Origin: Mobula hypostoma
Lineage: Eukaryota
Length of the DNA stretch: 64,000 bases
Assembly: GCF_963921235.1 (NCBI RefSeq)
Contig: NC_086124.1
Location: 16,182,001 to 16,246,000 of the forward strand
Reading direction: 5' to 3'
The translations under genes were made by a program, and so were the position numbers. Each line of letters starts with the position of its first letter. The first letter of the stretch is position 1. Shown here piece after piece: positions 11,931 through 24,324 of this stretch. The notes below the pieces were generated by a model. The model ran no database searches. It had not been told where the DNA came from and worked only from the letters and a program-made list of their open reading frames with translations.

Positions 11931-13025
11931 AAGGTACTGTGCTCAGTACTCTGCCTTCTTCAACACTCTGCAACCTGTTTCAACACTTAGTTTCTGTCTT
12001 ACAGTTCTCACAGAGACCTGTCATTTACTATGTAAGCCTTGCTCTGAAATAAATGATCCGAATTCCTCACTTTGTACTTGGCTCATTTAAATCCCATCTT
12101 CCATAACCTATCCCACACTCCTAATTAGTCTAGATCTCATTGTAACGTCGCTGTCCATAACACCACCAAAACTGGAATTTTCTGATTGGCTGCCGGTGAC
12201 TCGTTCCGCAGGGGTCAGTATTGAGACCACTTCTCTTCACAGTACATGTCAAAGATTTACATGTTTGAATTGTTTTTGTGGTCCAGGTTGTAGATGATAC
12301 AAAGGAAGGTGCCTTGATGGGTAGTGATGAAGAAGCAGGCAGTGTGCAAGAGGACTGGGAAACACTTGGAGACTGGGCAAAGAAGTGGCAGATGGAATAT
12401 TGTGTTTGTAATTATATGGTCATTCACTTTGGTAGAAGGAACAAATGTATGGACAATCTCCTAAACAAGAGGAAAATTCAAAAATCAGAGGAGGAAAGGG
12501 ACTTTGGAGTTCTTGTGCAGGATTCCCTGAAGGTTAATTTTGTAAGTGCTAAGGAATGAAAATGCAATATCAACTATGCGTTTAAAGAGGACTAGAATAG
12601 AAGAGAAAGGATGTGATGCTGAGGATTTATAAGGTATTGTTCAAATTGCACTTTGAGTAATAAGAGCAATTTTGGGTCCTTTATCTAAGGAAGGATGTGC
12701 TGGCATTGAAGGTGGTCCAGAGTCCAACAATGATTCTGGGAATGAAAGAGCTAACATATGAGGAGTATTTATTTGATGGTTCTGAGCCTGTACTTGGAGT
12801 TTAGAAGAATGAGGAGGGATCTAATTGATAGGCCTAGATGGAATAGATGTGGAGAGGATGTTTCCTGTAGAAACGTAACAGACATCCCACCTGTGCCGGA
12901 AGTTCTGAGAGTCTCCCGCATATTGATAGTGGCTCGCTGACACCTGGAAATTATATACAATATCCCAGAAATAGATTTTTTTGAGAGGGAGAGCGAACAT
13001 TCTGATTGGTCTCTTTTCGTGCTAA

Positions 13026-14151
13026 GAGTGATCCTCAACCACCGGGTCGTGAGGAAACAATATGATTTGATGATATGAGTTAGCTGCATCTTTCCTTATT
13101 CCCTGTCATGCCCACTGTTGAATGCACGCGAGGTCATCAGTGACCCAAGACGTGCAAAGGAATGGGTCCGTGACCCATTTGTGAATGCCTCTGGTGAATT
13201 ATCGATGTCAGCACGGGAAAAAGATCAACTCCTCGAGCTTGCAAATGACGGTGGACTGAAAAGTATGTTTGACACAACATCTCTGCCAGCACTCTGGATC
13301 AAAGTCAAGGCTGAATATCCTGAGATAGCCATGAAAGCACTGAAAACGTTGCTTCCATTTCCAACATATTTCTGCAAAGCAGAGTTTTCTACAATGAATG
13401 CAACAAAAACTAAATTGCAGAATAGACTGGACATAAGGAACCACCTCCGAGTATCGCTGTCTCCCATCACCCCTCGATGGGACCATGTTGTTGCAGGAAA
13501 ACAAGCCCAGGGCTCCCACTGATTCAGCGATATTGGTGTGTTGCAATGATTTTATATGTTCATATGAGGAAAATATGTGCTGTGTGTTTAATATCCAAAT
13601 GTTACTTAAAATGTTATGATGCTATTGACTTATAAGTGACTTATAATTCAGTGGACCGTAACCTCCGGGCTGTGAAGAATACAGCGGTGGCCGGAATGCA
13701 CCCAGGACTTCTTTAAGAAAAAAACCGAAATAAACAAGCTAATTGATTAGGTGCCAATTGCATCGTCTCTGATCTGGGCCGACATTTACGTGCCGGGCGG
13801 CACCTAATCAATTAGCTTCTTTATTTCGGCTTTTTTCTTAAAGATGTGCTGGGTGCGTTCTGGCTACCACTGTACCGCTGCATTCTTCGCGGCCCGGAGG
13901 TTTGGGACCACTATTATAATTGACTTATCACTACATTCATGCAAGGAAAATATGTGCCGTGTGTTTAATATTAAATTTGTTAGATAAACCCCTTTAGAAA
14001 CAACTTACAAGTGACTTATACTTGACTTATCACCTATATTCCAGTCGTGTTTAACACCCACTCCCCCCCCCTCCACTCCCGTTTGGCCGGTCCGCAAGAA
14101 TATTGTCAATATTAAACTGGTCCACAGTGCAAAAAAGGTTGGGGACCCCTG
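13026..14151 (+). mobile_element. Internally deleted hAT (Buster/Charlie-type) transposon with C-terminal dimerisation-domain remnant
   Basis: ORF 13118-13522 WIKVKAEYPEIAMKALKTLLPFPTYFCKAEFS...KLQNRLD; ends GAGTGATCCTCAACC ... GGTTGGGGACCCCTG. Confidence 0.85.
13649..13913. mobile_element. Palindromic hAT MITE with 8-bp TSD TTATAATT
   Basis: Imperfect inverted arms of about 110 bp; TTATAATT at 13641-13648 and 13914-13921. Confidence 0.9.
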
Positions 14152-16294
14152 ATTTAAACTAGCTGATTGGCTGCTAACGAGCTACGCTATTGATGTCCTA
14201 TGTGATGAGGCCAAACTCCCTGTAGACTTGCTTAAAGTTGTAATAGAATAAACATGATAATATAAGTACATATTTAATGTCATTTTGCTGCATATACCCA
14301 ACTTGGTTTACAGAGTAGACAAAATCACAAAGTATTACATACACCCTTGGAGGTCGACGGGGTGGGGGCGGTATATTGGGATGCGGGGGTGTGGGGGTGC
14401 TACCTCCCTGAAATGAGTTTTTGCAGGGTGGGATGTCTGACATAGAAATGTAGAAAATATAGAAAACCTACAGCACAATACAGGCCCTTCGGCCCACAAA
14501 GCTGTGCCGAACATGTCCTTACCTTAGAATCACCTAGGTTTACCCATAGCCCTCTATTTTTCTAAGCTCCAAGTATCCATCCAGGAGTCTCTTAAAAGAC
14601 CCTATTGTTTCTACTTCCACCACTGCCACCAGCAGCCCATTCCATGCACTCACCACTCTCTGCATAAAAAAAATCTCCTCTGTACCTACTTCCAAGCACC
14701 TTAAAACTATGCCCTCTCGTGCTTGCCATTTCAGCCCTGGGAAAAAGCCTCTGGCTATCCACACAATCAATGCCTCTCATTATCTTGTACACCTCTATCA
14801 GGTCACCTCTCATCCTCTGTCGCTCCAAGGTTGAATCTTGGACCAGAGGGCGTAGCCTCAGAACAGAAGGACGCCCATTGATAGAGGGGTTAGGAGGGAT
14901 TTCTTCAGCATAAGGTTGGTAAATCTGTGGAATTCATTGCCATAGATGGCTGTGGAGTCCAAATCATTGATTATATTTAAAGTGGAGGTTGATAGGTTCT
15001 TGATTTGTTAGGGCTTTGAAGGTTATGGGGAGCAGGCAGGAGAATAGGTTTGAGAGAGATAATAATCAGCCATGATGAAATCACAAAATAGAATCAATGG
15101 ACTGAATAGCCTGATTCTATTCCTATATCTGAAGGTGTCATTTTCAAATTGATTATTCATTCCATTTACATTGTTACCCAAACCATGAATGCACGTGACT
15201 AACAACAGAGCACAGATCCCTGCAGCCCACCACTGGTCATGGGTCCCCAATCTGATGGGGAAGTGACGATGCAAATGGCCCACAGATGCAGGAGAGCAGA
15301 CATTTCGGAGTGTCATGGCGTTGGAAGGAGGTTATACAATGTAAGGCTACAGAGAGATTTATATTTATCACAGCCCCTCTTTATTTAATATTCCTCTGTA
15401 AATTCACCCCTACCTTCCTGAGCTCAAGAACAAACAGTCCCACTCTATTCTAGTCTCCTCTTGTAACTGCAGCCCTCCAGTAACATCCTTGTGAATGTTT
15501 CATGCACCAATTGTAGCTGAATCACATTGTTCCTGTAGCTTGGTGACCAGAACTGCACACAATACCCAAGTGCAATCTCACCAACATCTTATATAGTTGT
15601 AATACAACATCCCGACTCTTGTACTCATTATCCTAACCAATGATGGGAAGTGTGCCAGTTGCTTTCTTTGCCATATTGTCCACCTACATCTGCACTTTTA
15701 GGAATTGCACCCACCGGTCTCTCTGTTCTGCAATGCTCTCCAGGACACTGCTCATCACTCTGTAAACTTCTGTCCTGGTTTAACCTACCAAAAGAATTAA
15801 ATTCCAGCTGTCATTTCCATGCCTATTTGCACAACGGATGTTTATCTTCTTGTAGTTTAGAGAACCTTTGTCATTGTCCATCATACCATCGATGATGGTG
15901 TCATCTGCAAAGTAGACCAAGCACAGATCCCTGCCACACACCACTGAGCACAGGCTACCAATCTGAAAACAGTAATGTACAGATATAAAAAGGGCCGGAG
16001 AGGTAGACCAGAAGAGATCATGTGTGAGTTTGCCAGCATGGAAGAGGGAGTGACGGGATGAGGACCAAGGAGTATATAAGCCCGAGAATGAGAATGGGAA
16101 ATCTGAGGCAGGGAAATGTTTTAGAGTATAATGCTTCAAGATTCAAGATAAGATAGAATTCCCCTGTGGAATTTGGAAATGTTTAAGAAAGAAATTGTCT
16201 GATTTTTCAATGTATTTTGAGAGTGTTGTTTGGATTTAAGCGATTCTGACTGTAAGTGAAAAAAAACTGTGCTTAAATACTTTGAACTACATAA

Positions 16295-17670
16295 TTAAAT
16301 GCAACTTCCACCATCTCCAAAGGGATCCGACCACCAAACACAACTTTACCTCCCACCCCCTCCACATTCTGCAGGGATCACTACCTCTGTGATCCCTTGT
16401 CCATTCGTCCCAAATCCCCACCCCCCACTAATGTCCCTCTGGGATTTTATCCCTGGAAGTGGCCAAAGTGCTATATCTGTCCATCCACCTCTTCCCTTAC
16501 CTCCATTCAGGACCCCAATGAGTCCTTCCAGGTGTGGCAACACTTCACCGTGAATCTACTGGGGTTGTCTGTTGTATCCAATGCTCCGAATGCAGCCTCC
16601 CCAACTTTGGTGGCACCCATCATAAATTGGGGTGCTGCTTGTCGTGCACCTCAGCTTTATCTGCCAAAAGTGAAATGAACCGGTGTCCCAAAATTCCATT
16701 TACATTTTCCATTCCCAACCCGACATGTTGGTTCCACGGCCTTGTCTCGTGCCACAATGAGGCCACCCTCAGGGTGAAGGAGCAACACCTTATATTCCGT
16801 CTGAGTAGCCTCTATGGTATGAATTCAGATTTCTCCTTCTGGTGAAAAAAAATACTCTCCATCTTTCCTGTTCTTCTATTCCCCACTCTGGGTTCTTATC
16901 TCTTCTCAGCTACCTATCATCTCCCTCTGCTGCCCCTCCTCCTTCCCTTTTTCCTATGGTGCACTCTCCTTTCTTCAGTGGTTGGAAAAGTGTTGGAGTC
17001 TATTATTAACGATGAGGTTTCAGGATACTTGGAGACTAATGATAAAATAAGTCAAAGTTAACAAATGCGTGGGGATCTCATTGAAACCTTTTGAATGTTG
17101 AAAGGTCTCGATAGGGTGGATGTAGAGAGGATGTTTCCTATGGTGGGGCTATCCAGAACATGAGTGCACAACCTCAAAATTGAGAGTAACATTTTAGAAC
17201 AGAGGTAAAGAGGATTTTTTTTTAGCCAGAGAGTAGAGCATCTGTGGAATACTCTGCCACAGACTGTGATGGAGACCATAAGGCAGAAGTTGACTGTTTC
17301 CTGATTGGTCAGGGTATCAAAGTATATGGTGAGATGGCAGGTGTATGGGGTTGAGAAGGATCTGGGATCAGATGGAGCAGACACGTGTGCTGAATGGCCT
17401 AATTCTGCTCCTATGTCTTATGGTTTTATCAGATTGTTTCATCTCCAGCCCTTGACTATTCCTACCCACCTGGCTATCCTTCTTCCCCTCCTCCCACCTT
17501 ATAATTTTTGCCCCTTTCCCCTTCCTTTCCAGTCCTGAAGAAGGATCTCAGCCCAAAAAATCGACTGTTTGTTCTTTTCCATGGATGACGCCTGACCTGT
17601 GTAGTTCCTCCAGCATTTTGTATATATTGTTTTGGATTTCCAGTATCTGCAGAATTTCTTGTGTTTATTA
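16295..17670 (+). mobile_element. Penelope-like element 3' part (GIY-YIG endonuclease remnant plus terminal repeat), interrupted by CR1 at about 16975-17425
   Basis: ESFQVWQHFT / ESTGVVCCIQCSECSLPNFGGT...EQHLIFRL resembles the PLE GIY-YIG region; degenerate hammerhead at 17530-17567. Confidence 0.8.
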
Positions 17671-18189
17671 TTTTAAACTACTTTGTTAGCTGGAAGTATC
17701 TTCACATTGGTAGGAAGGGGGGACCCACCCCTCAAATAGTGGGGATTGAGAGCTAAACTCACCATGGAGAACAAACAGGCAAGTAAACTAGTCTTTGAAG
17801 ATTGGGTCATTACAGTATTATCTCCCTTTAGTGAGAGTGTTCATGGCTATTAATATATAATTGGTCTTAAAGTCTTCACTTGAAGTTCATGGTCAGAAAC
17901 CCCAATACCATCACATAACTCAGGTCTTCAATTCCCACCATCACTCTTCTAAATCCTTTTTTGCACTCTTTTAAAATTAATTACACTGTGGCTCGAATGA
18001 GGGTGGCTAAAGCTGCACAACATATTCCGGGTGTGGACTCATCAATGTCTGACACAAAAAAGAACATCACATTCCAGCTCCTGTGTTAATCATCTCTGCT
18101 GATGGAGGCCAATGTACCAAATACTTTCATCCCCATCCTGTCCATCTGGGATGCCTGTTTTGTGGAAGTTTCAGGAAGGAAAGATTTAA

Positions 18190-18420
18190 AATTGCAGGCG
18201 ACCAGGGTTCAATTCCTGCTGTTGCCAGTGAGGAGTTTATACATCCTCTGGTGCTCCGGTTTCAAAGACCTTCACAGTCCAAAGACCTACCAGTTGGTAG
18301 GTTAATGGGATAATTTACAATGACTAATGATTAGGCTGGGATTAAATGGTGGATTGCTGTCCAGCATGGCTGACGGGGCTGTAGAGACCTTTTCCATGTT
18401 GTATATCAATAAATCCAAAC
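18190..18420 (+). mobile_element. tRNA-derived SINE remnant (V-SINE/HE1-like)
   Basis: B-box-like GGTTCAATTCC followed by GTGCTCCGGTTTC...CAGTCCAAAGAC. Confidence 0.5.
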
Positions 18421-19538
18421 GTTGTGTCCTGACAGAACAGAGTGCAGACACTGTACAGTCACACACTGAATCAAACCTTTAGAAACTGATCTTCTTTCTG
18501 CAGTGCTTTCGGAGTGTGGATGTTCAGTAAGGCAACTGTTCCTCAGCTGACTTACACAATTGACCAAAGTTCCTTTTTCATTCTTTCTGTTAGTTTAAGA
18601 GAGTGATGGGAAGGATACAGTTGGTCAGCTCCACAGGTTAGTGCTGTAAACTGGGGCAGGGTAATGTTGGGGGAATTAGTTACTAGCCAAGGTCAATTTG
18701 GAGAGCCTGTAAGAAAGGAAATGAATGACTGGCAAGCGGACAGCAAGTGTCTGGGAACAGAATGTTCCTGTTAGGGTGAAGGGTAATCTGGCAGATTTAG
18801 GGAACCTTGGCAAATGTGAGATAATGAGGTTCGGGTTTGGAAAAAAAAAGAAAACATACACTTCATTCAGGAGGTTGGCATCAATCCAATCACTTTCTGG
18901 CTACTAAAAGATTCAGAATACTCTGAGGAAGGAAACCAGGAGGGAGTATGAGATGGATCTGGCAGGTAAGGTTCAGGAATCTCCAAAGAGGTTCTCCTAT
19001 TGTTTTAAGAGTAAAAGGGTAGTTAGGGAGAGATTGAGATCTTGAGCCGCGGGAGGTAGGTGAGTTTTGTAACTGATTTTTTTCCCTCAAAGTTTATTAA
19101 GGAGAAAAGTATGGCTCAAGATGGAAGGAAGGGAAACAAGAGGAGATGTTACTGTGCTGGAAATCTACAAGTAACATGCAAGCAGAGAGTAAAACCTGTG
19201 TTGGGAACTGCTCCGGGCCCGCAGTTTGTGCCGTGACTATGCTGATATGAACGGTGTGTCAAAGAGAGAGTTCAAAAGCCCGACGCCTCAGATTGGAGGT
19301 CACTGTCAAGTCAAGTCAATGCAAGTTTATTGTCATTAACAATATATACATATACACACAGTGAAACGAGACAACGTTTCACCAAACGAGTGTAAAGCAC
19401 CGTACACACAGCACATAACTTATGAAAGTAATGATGAAATCTACAGATGGGTTACACATAAGTAAACAAACTAAAGCGCATAAATTAAAAATTGTAAGAT
19501 ACAGAGCAGATAACCAGTGATATTTGAATGCGTTGCGA

Positions 19539-19970
19539 CTGTGTTTCTGAGTCCGATCACGTCGCCACATTTCGCCGTCCCTGTTGTGGAAAATAAAAAA
19601 ATTTCCCTGTCACGGGATGGCCCAGTTCCCCAGCTCAGTCCTGAAGTGGGAATAACCGCATTTCTTTAGTTAGTTTCAATATTTCAGTCGGAAAACAACG
19701 AACATGCCAGCGGCCGCGGGAGAGAACGGCGTTAGTGCAGCAGTTAAACTGGTTTATATGAAAACCTTTGCCTCGAATTCGGATCAAACTTGCTTTACAG
19801 CAAAGACTCTGGCCTCGGACACAAACAGAGGGCTGTCTGGGTGATAGGGGTGCCCGATTTTAATTGGAATGGGGGTGTTTTTGAGGAGAAAGAAACACAG
19901 AGAGACAGAGTAGCCGGGAGCTGATGACCTGGTGTCTCCGCCCCGTCCGCTCGCTGCCTTTAAATTGCTC
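19539..19970 (+). promoter_or_regulatory. H1 promoter: TG box, H1/AC box, GC box, TATA-like element
   Basis: CTGTGTTTCT at 19539-19548; AGAAACACAG at 19891-19900; CCGCCCC at about 19937; TTTAAA at about 19959. Confidence 0.7.
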
Positions 19971-20041
19971 TGCACCGCCGCCTCTCTCTTCATTTCTCAC
20001 TCGGTTCTGAGTTTTGAGAGAGTTTGTACAGAGTCGCTGAC

Positions 20042-20671
20042 ATGACCGAGACCGCAGCTGCTGAAGTCGCTCCTCCACCGGCGCCTGCCGCTGCAACCAA
20101 GGCTCCCAAGAAGAAGGCGGCCGCCCGGACCAAGACAGCCGGTCCCAAACTGGGCGAACAGATCGACAAGATTGTGGCGGATTCCCGCAGTCACCGAGGG
20201 GTGTCCATAGTCGCGATAAAGAAGGGGTTGGCCGCCAACGGCGTCGATGTGGAAAAGCTCAAAAGTCAGATCAAGATGGTCATTAAAAGGAAATTGGAAA
20301 GCGGCTCCCTGATTCACACCAAGGGCGCAGGTGCCTCCGGCTCCTTGAAGGCCGCTAAAAAGGACAGTGGCGCGAAAATCGTGAAAAAAACAAAGAAACC
20401 AGCGGCCAAGACATCTCAGACCAAGAAGCCAGCGATCAAGAAAACTGCGGCCAAGAAAGCAGCTAAGAAATCTCCCGCCAAGAAACAAAGTGTTAAGAAA
20501 CCGACGGCTAAAAAAGCGGCAGCTAAGAAACCAGCGGCCAAGAAGGCTGCGCAGAAGACCAAGAGCCCCAAGAAGATCGCAGCCCCGAAGGCGAAGGCGC
20601 CCAAAAAGTCGGCAAAACCCAAACCGAAGGCAAAATCCGTGAAAGCCAAGAAGACAGCGGCCAAAAAATAA
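20042..20671 (+). CDS. H1: Histone H1 (linker histone), intact, 209 aa
   Basis: MTETAAAE N-terminal tail, globular domain ending KGAGASGS, Lys/Ala/Pro-rich C-terminal tail; intronless; downstream stem-loop. Confidence 0.97.
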   Translation: MTETAAAEVAPPPAPAAATKAPKKKAAARTKTAGPKLGEQIDKIVADSRSHRGVSIVAIKKGLAANGVDVEKLKSQIKMVIKRKLESGSLIHTKGAGASGSLKAAKKDSGAKIVKKTKKPAAKTSQTKKPAIKKTAAKKAAKKSPAKKQSVKKPTAKKAAAKKPAAKKAAQKTKSPKKIAAPKAKAPKKSAKPKPKAKSVKAKKTAAKK

Positions 20672-20705
20672 ATAAAAATACATATTTTAAAGACCTGAAA
20701 CCAAC

Positions 20706-20747
20706 GGCTCTTTTCAGAGCCACTCAGCTTTTCCACGAAAGGGCTAG
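20706..20747 (+). terminator. Histone 3' stem-loop and downstream element (H1)
   Basis: GGCTCTTTTCAGAGCC at 20706-20721, then AAAGGGCT. Confidence 0.95.
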
Positions 20748-21526
20748 AAAGCTTACGGTTGTATAAAAGTCGGGAGGCAACTGTAAGATAGAGGTCTCTC
20801 TCTGCTTTATTACTCTGACGCCGTTTCCTCTGCTTCCCTGCGTCCCGCGGGCAGGTCAAAACGGTGTGTGTAAAAGGAGACCGCGGCATTCGGTTTGCCA
20901 TTGAGCAGCGACTTAGAGACAGAACAGATAACGAATTTAATTATTGGGTTGTACAAAATGATTTAGATCTATCGAGCAGCATTTCATTTCAGTGTTGATT
21001 CCTGTCGTCCTTTTGAAAACTTTTTGCGGCTGTTTTCAGAAGTCATTTAGTAAATGAATGTATTAAAATCGATTTAAATCCTTTACTTCAGGAAGCTAAT
21101 CAGTAAAAATGCAAGCATTCAGCTAACCGATTGAAGCTGAAATTTGATAATTCATGATTTTATTGTAAGAAAACCGGGTGCTGTTGAAACAAAATTTTCT
21201 TTTGTTTGCTCTTGGAATTGGCGGGCGATTTGAAATTGAACTGGCATCTAATAACTGCAGTCAGATTGGCGAAATTCTGACCTCAGTCGCAAGTTTCCAT
21301 ATTTGGTCACAGCTAAAATGCCCCACCTCCCACCACCACCAGCACTGGCCAGCTTCAAACTGGTGATAGAAAAGCAGCCATTCAGAACGCTGATACTCTG
21401 TAATAGACATCTCCCGTGCAACCAATCACTGAGTGGGGCGGCCCATCATCAGCTCTTTAAAAGCCAGTTCCCGAGTCTGCGCCGACACTGTAATCCCGGT
21501 ATTTGAAATTACTTTTGGACTGCTGA

Positions 21527-21943
<417 letters not shown>

Positions 21944-21972
21944 ATCCGGCCTCGGCACCAAGCATAACAAAA

Positions 21973-22013
21973 GGCTCTTTTAAGAGCCACCAATCCGACA
22001 GTGGAAAGGGCTG
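21973..22013 (+). terminator. Histone 3' stem-loop and downstream element (H3)
   Basis: GGCTCTTTTAAGAGCC at 21973-21988; GAAAGGGCTG. Confidence 0.95.
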
Positions 22014-22989
22014 TCACTTCTTTTACACCGCCACACCATTCTTCTGATATAACCTCTCCCTCACCGTCAGCGCGTGTTCCTGTCTCACATATCTATCGTG
22101 TACTAATGTTTTCTTGTGGCAAGATTTCCAGGGATTTGTGGTTACTATTGTTATCGAGAATGGGCTTTGGTAAATGCAGTCTTAACTTTTAGTACCCAGT
22201 CCTATTTCTAGTCGATTCCAGGATAGTTTCACAAGGACACGGTGGTCTGTAGATGCTGTCATTCCGGTTCTTTCACACGACTAACTTTTTTTTTACGCGT
22301 TGCAAACTGGCCTTAGCCCGCAGTTTGATAAGAGAGACCAATGATGACGTTTAGTTACAGACGCAATGAGAATATAAAGTGGATTGGTTTTTGGGAGTTA
22401 AATTGTCAGGAACAAAGCAGGCCATTTAGGCTGAAATTATTCCTTCTCGAATTAATCAGTCAATGCATATTATTGCTGACTACGGTTGTTACTGTTACGG
22501 AGAATAGGTTTAATAAATGCAGCTTTCCAGTTCTGTTTCTAGTGGAGTCCATAAAACAGAGCAGAATCTGGCCCATCGAGTCTGCTCATTCATTCAGTCA
22601 TGGCTGATCCTTTTTGTTTGCTCCTCAACCCCAGTTCCCGAGTCAATGATAGGCTCACGGGGGACAAGTCTGCCGACGCTGGAATTCCGGTTCTTTCACA
22701 GAACAACTTTTTTTTTCACGTTGCAAACTCGTCTTAGACAGCAGTTTGCCAAGAGAGACCAGTGCATAATCTGATGAAGTTTCTACCAAGACCGAACACG
22801 AATTAATGAGTCAAAACATATGTTTGTAGGCTACGGATCAATAACTTCTTTGGCTGGCTTTTCAGGTTATCTGGGGAACTGACAGTTACCATAGGCGCTT
22901 TTCTTTCTGCTATCTGTTCTTTGGCAAATAAGACTTATTACGCTCACCGGAAGAGACTGCGAATTTGATCTCCAGACCCTTGGGGAGTT

Positions 22990-24318
22990 AATAGGGTGTC
23001 AATGATTTCTTTTGTATTATGCATTGATTACAAAAGAATTAGATGATGTTCTGTTACATATAGCTCTGCTGCCCCCTCAGTTTTGAGATATCTGGGTGTT
23101 ATTCATGCCCAGGCTTTACATCTGTGTTTTGGTATGGTTAGGTCTTCTGTTTCTTCTCTGCGGGGGGAAGTGAGTCAGATGTCATTGTATTTGCAAAGAT
23201 TGAAGATGGCTGTGAATTATTGGCTAGACTTCAGTGGTCGTGTGGATGATCATCCAATTCAGAAAGAATCTTCATCCAATTGATAGATTGGAACCTCAGG
23301 TTTGCAAGACTTGCTGTTTCGGGTGGGAAGGAAATGATCAGATAACCTGGGACTATCCAATATGAGCCAGGCTCCTGCATGGCTTTATCCATTATTGTTC
23401 CCTGGCTATTTGCTTTACCTGCGGCACATTTGACTCTTCCGGGGAGGCTGTCAGAATCTGCTGGGTGTGTAAATGAAGAGCTGGTGGTTCCACTGTCTGT
23501 GCTTCATCAATATGATGGAATGGTTCCATTGTTTACAGATGAGTCTAAAGGCCCAGTGTCTCATAACACCGGTGCCGCAGTATGTCCCAGCATTTCAGAT
23601 GTCAATTAGGAAATGGTTATCTAATGAACTTCCAGTTTATACTATTAAAATGGTGGCAATCCTTGTATTGTTGTGGGTAGAGGATGTACAGGTAACTGTT
23701 GTTGTCTGTCCTGATTCCTTCTCTGTATTATGTTGTCTTAAAGTGGGTTTATCCAATAGTTGTCCAGGTGTTTTGTTGGAAGTCAGCTGCAGTACTGAGG
23801 AATGTATGTCTGCTTTTCTGGGTCACAGCTCATGTCGGTCTGTATGGAAGTGAAGTAGTCGATAGGTTGGCTAAACAGTCCATGAAGGGCAGTGCTCTTG
23901 ATAGTGATATTCCACTAAGTCAGAGAGAGGCAAAGGTTTTAAATAAGGATCATGTTCTCTCAATCTATGGAATTTGTTGCCACGGGCGGCAGTGGAGGCC
24001 AAGTCATTGGGTGCATTTAAGGCAGAGATTGATAGGTATCTGAGTAGCCAGGGCATCAAAGGTTCTGGTGAGAAGGCGGGGGAGTGGGACTAAATGGGAG
24101 AATGGATCAGCTCATGATAAAACGGCGGAGCAGACTCGATGGGCCGAATGGCCGACTTCTACTCCTTTGTCTTAGGGTCTTATGGAATTAATCTGACAGG
24201 GATGTGCAACATTCAATTGAAGGGGAGACGTTTATATGATATTCAGGAAAAAAAAATATTAATTCACTATAGAGGAGGTGAGGGCCCAGAAGGGAAGAAG
24301 TTACAATTAAACTGGTTT
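22990..24318 (+). mobile_element. Degraded I-group (Nimb/I-like) LINE with RNase H remnant; CR1 3' end inserted at about 23960-24187
   Basis: LFTDESK...NTGAAV, VVVCPDSFSVL, WVTAHVGLYGSEVVDRLAK match non-LTR RNase H motifs. Confidence 0.7.
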
Positions 24319-24324
24319 AAATGC

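Larger units (their letters stand above)
12879..14439. mobile_element. Non-autonomous DNA transposon with TIR CAGACATCCCACC (outer element of the nest)
   Basis: CAGACATCCCACC at 12879-12891 and GGTGGGATGTCTG at 14427-14439; no clear TSD. Confidence 0.6.
12180..15135 (+). mobile_element. CR1 RT fragment interrupted by nested hAT elements (12879-14439) and an antisense CR1 3' end (about 14440-14830)
   Basis: RT motifs at 12180-12870 resume at about 14830-15135. Confidence 0.7.

Noticed and set aside
20024-20041. Upstream extension MYRVAD of H1
   Set aside because: It begins at a TTG; the true start is ATG 20042. Likewise the H2A starts are 35544 and 26436.
20667-20676. AATAAA overlapping the H1 stop codon
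   Set aside because: Arises from Lys codons plus TAA; a canonical stem-loop and downstream element explain 3' end formation.
19997-20901. Long antisense ORFs (228 and 161 aa) over H1
   Set aside because: Shadow frames of a Lys/Ala-rich GC-rich coding sequence; no independent features.
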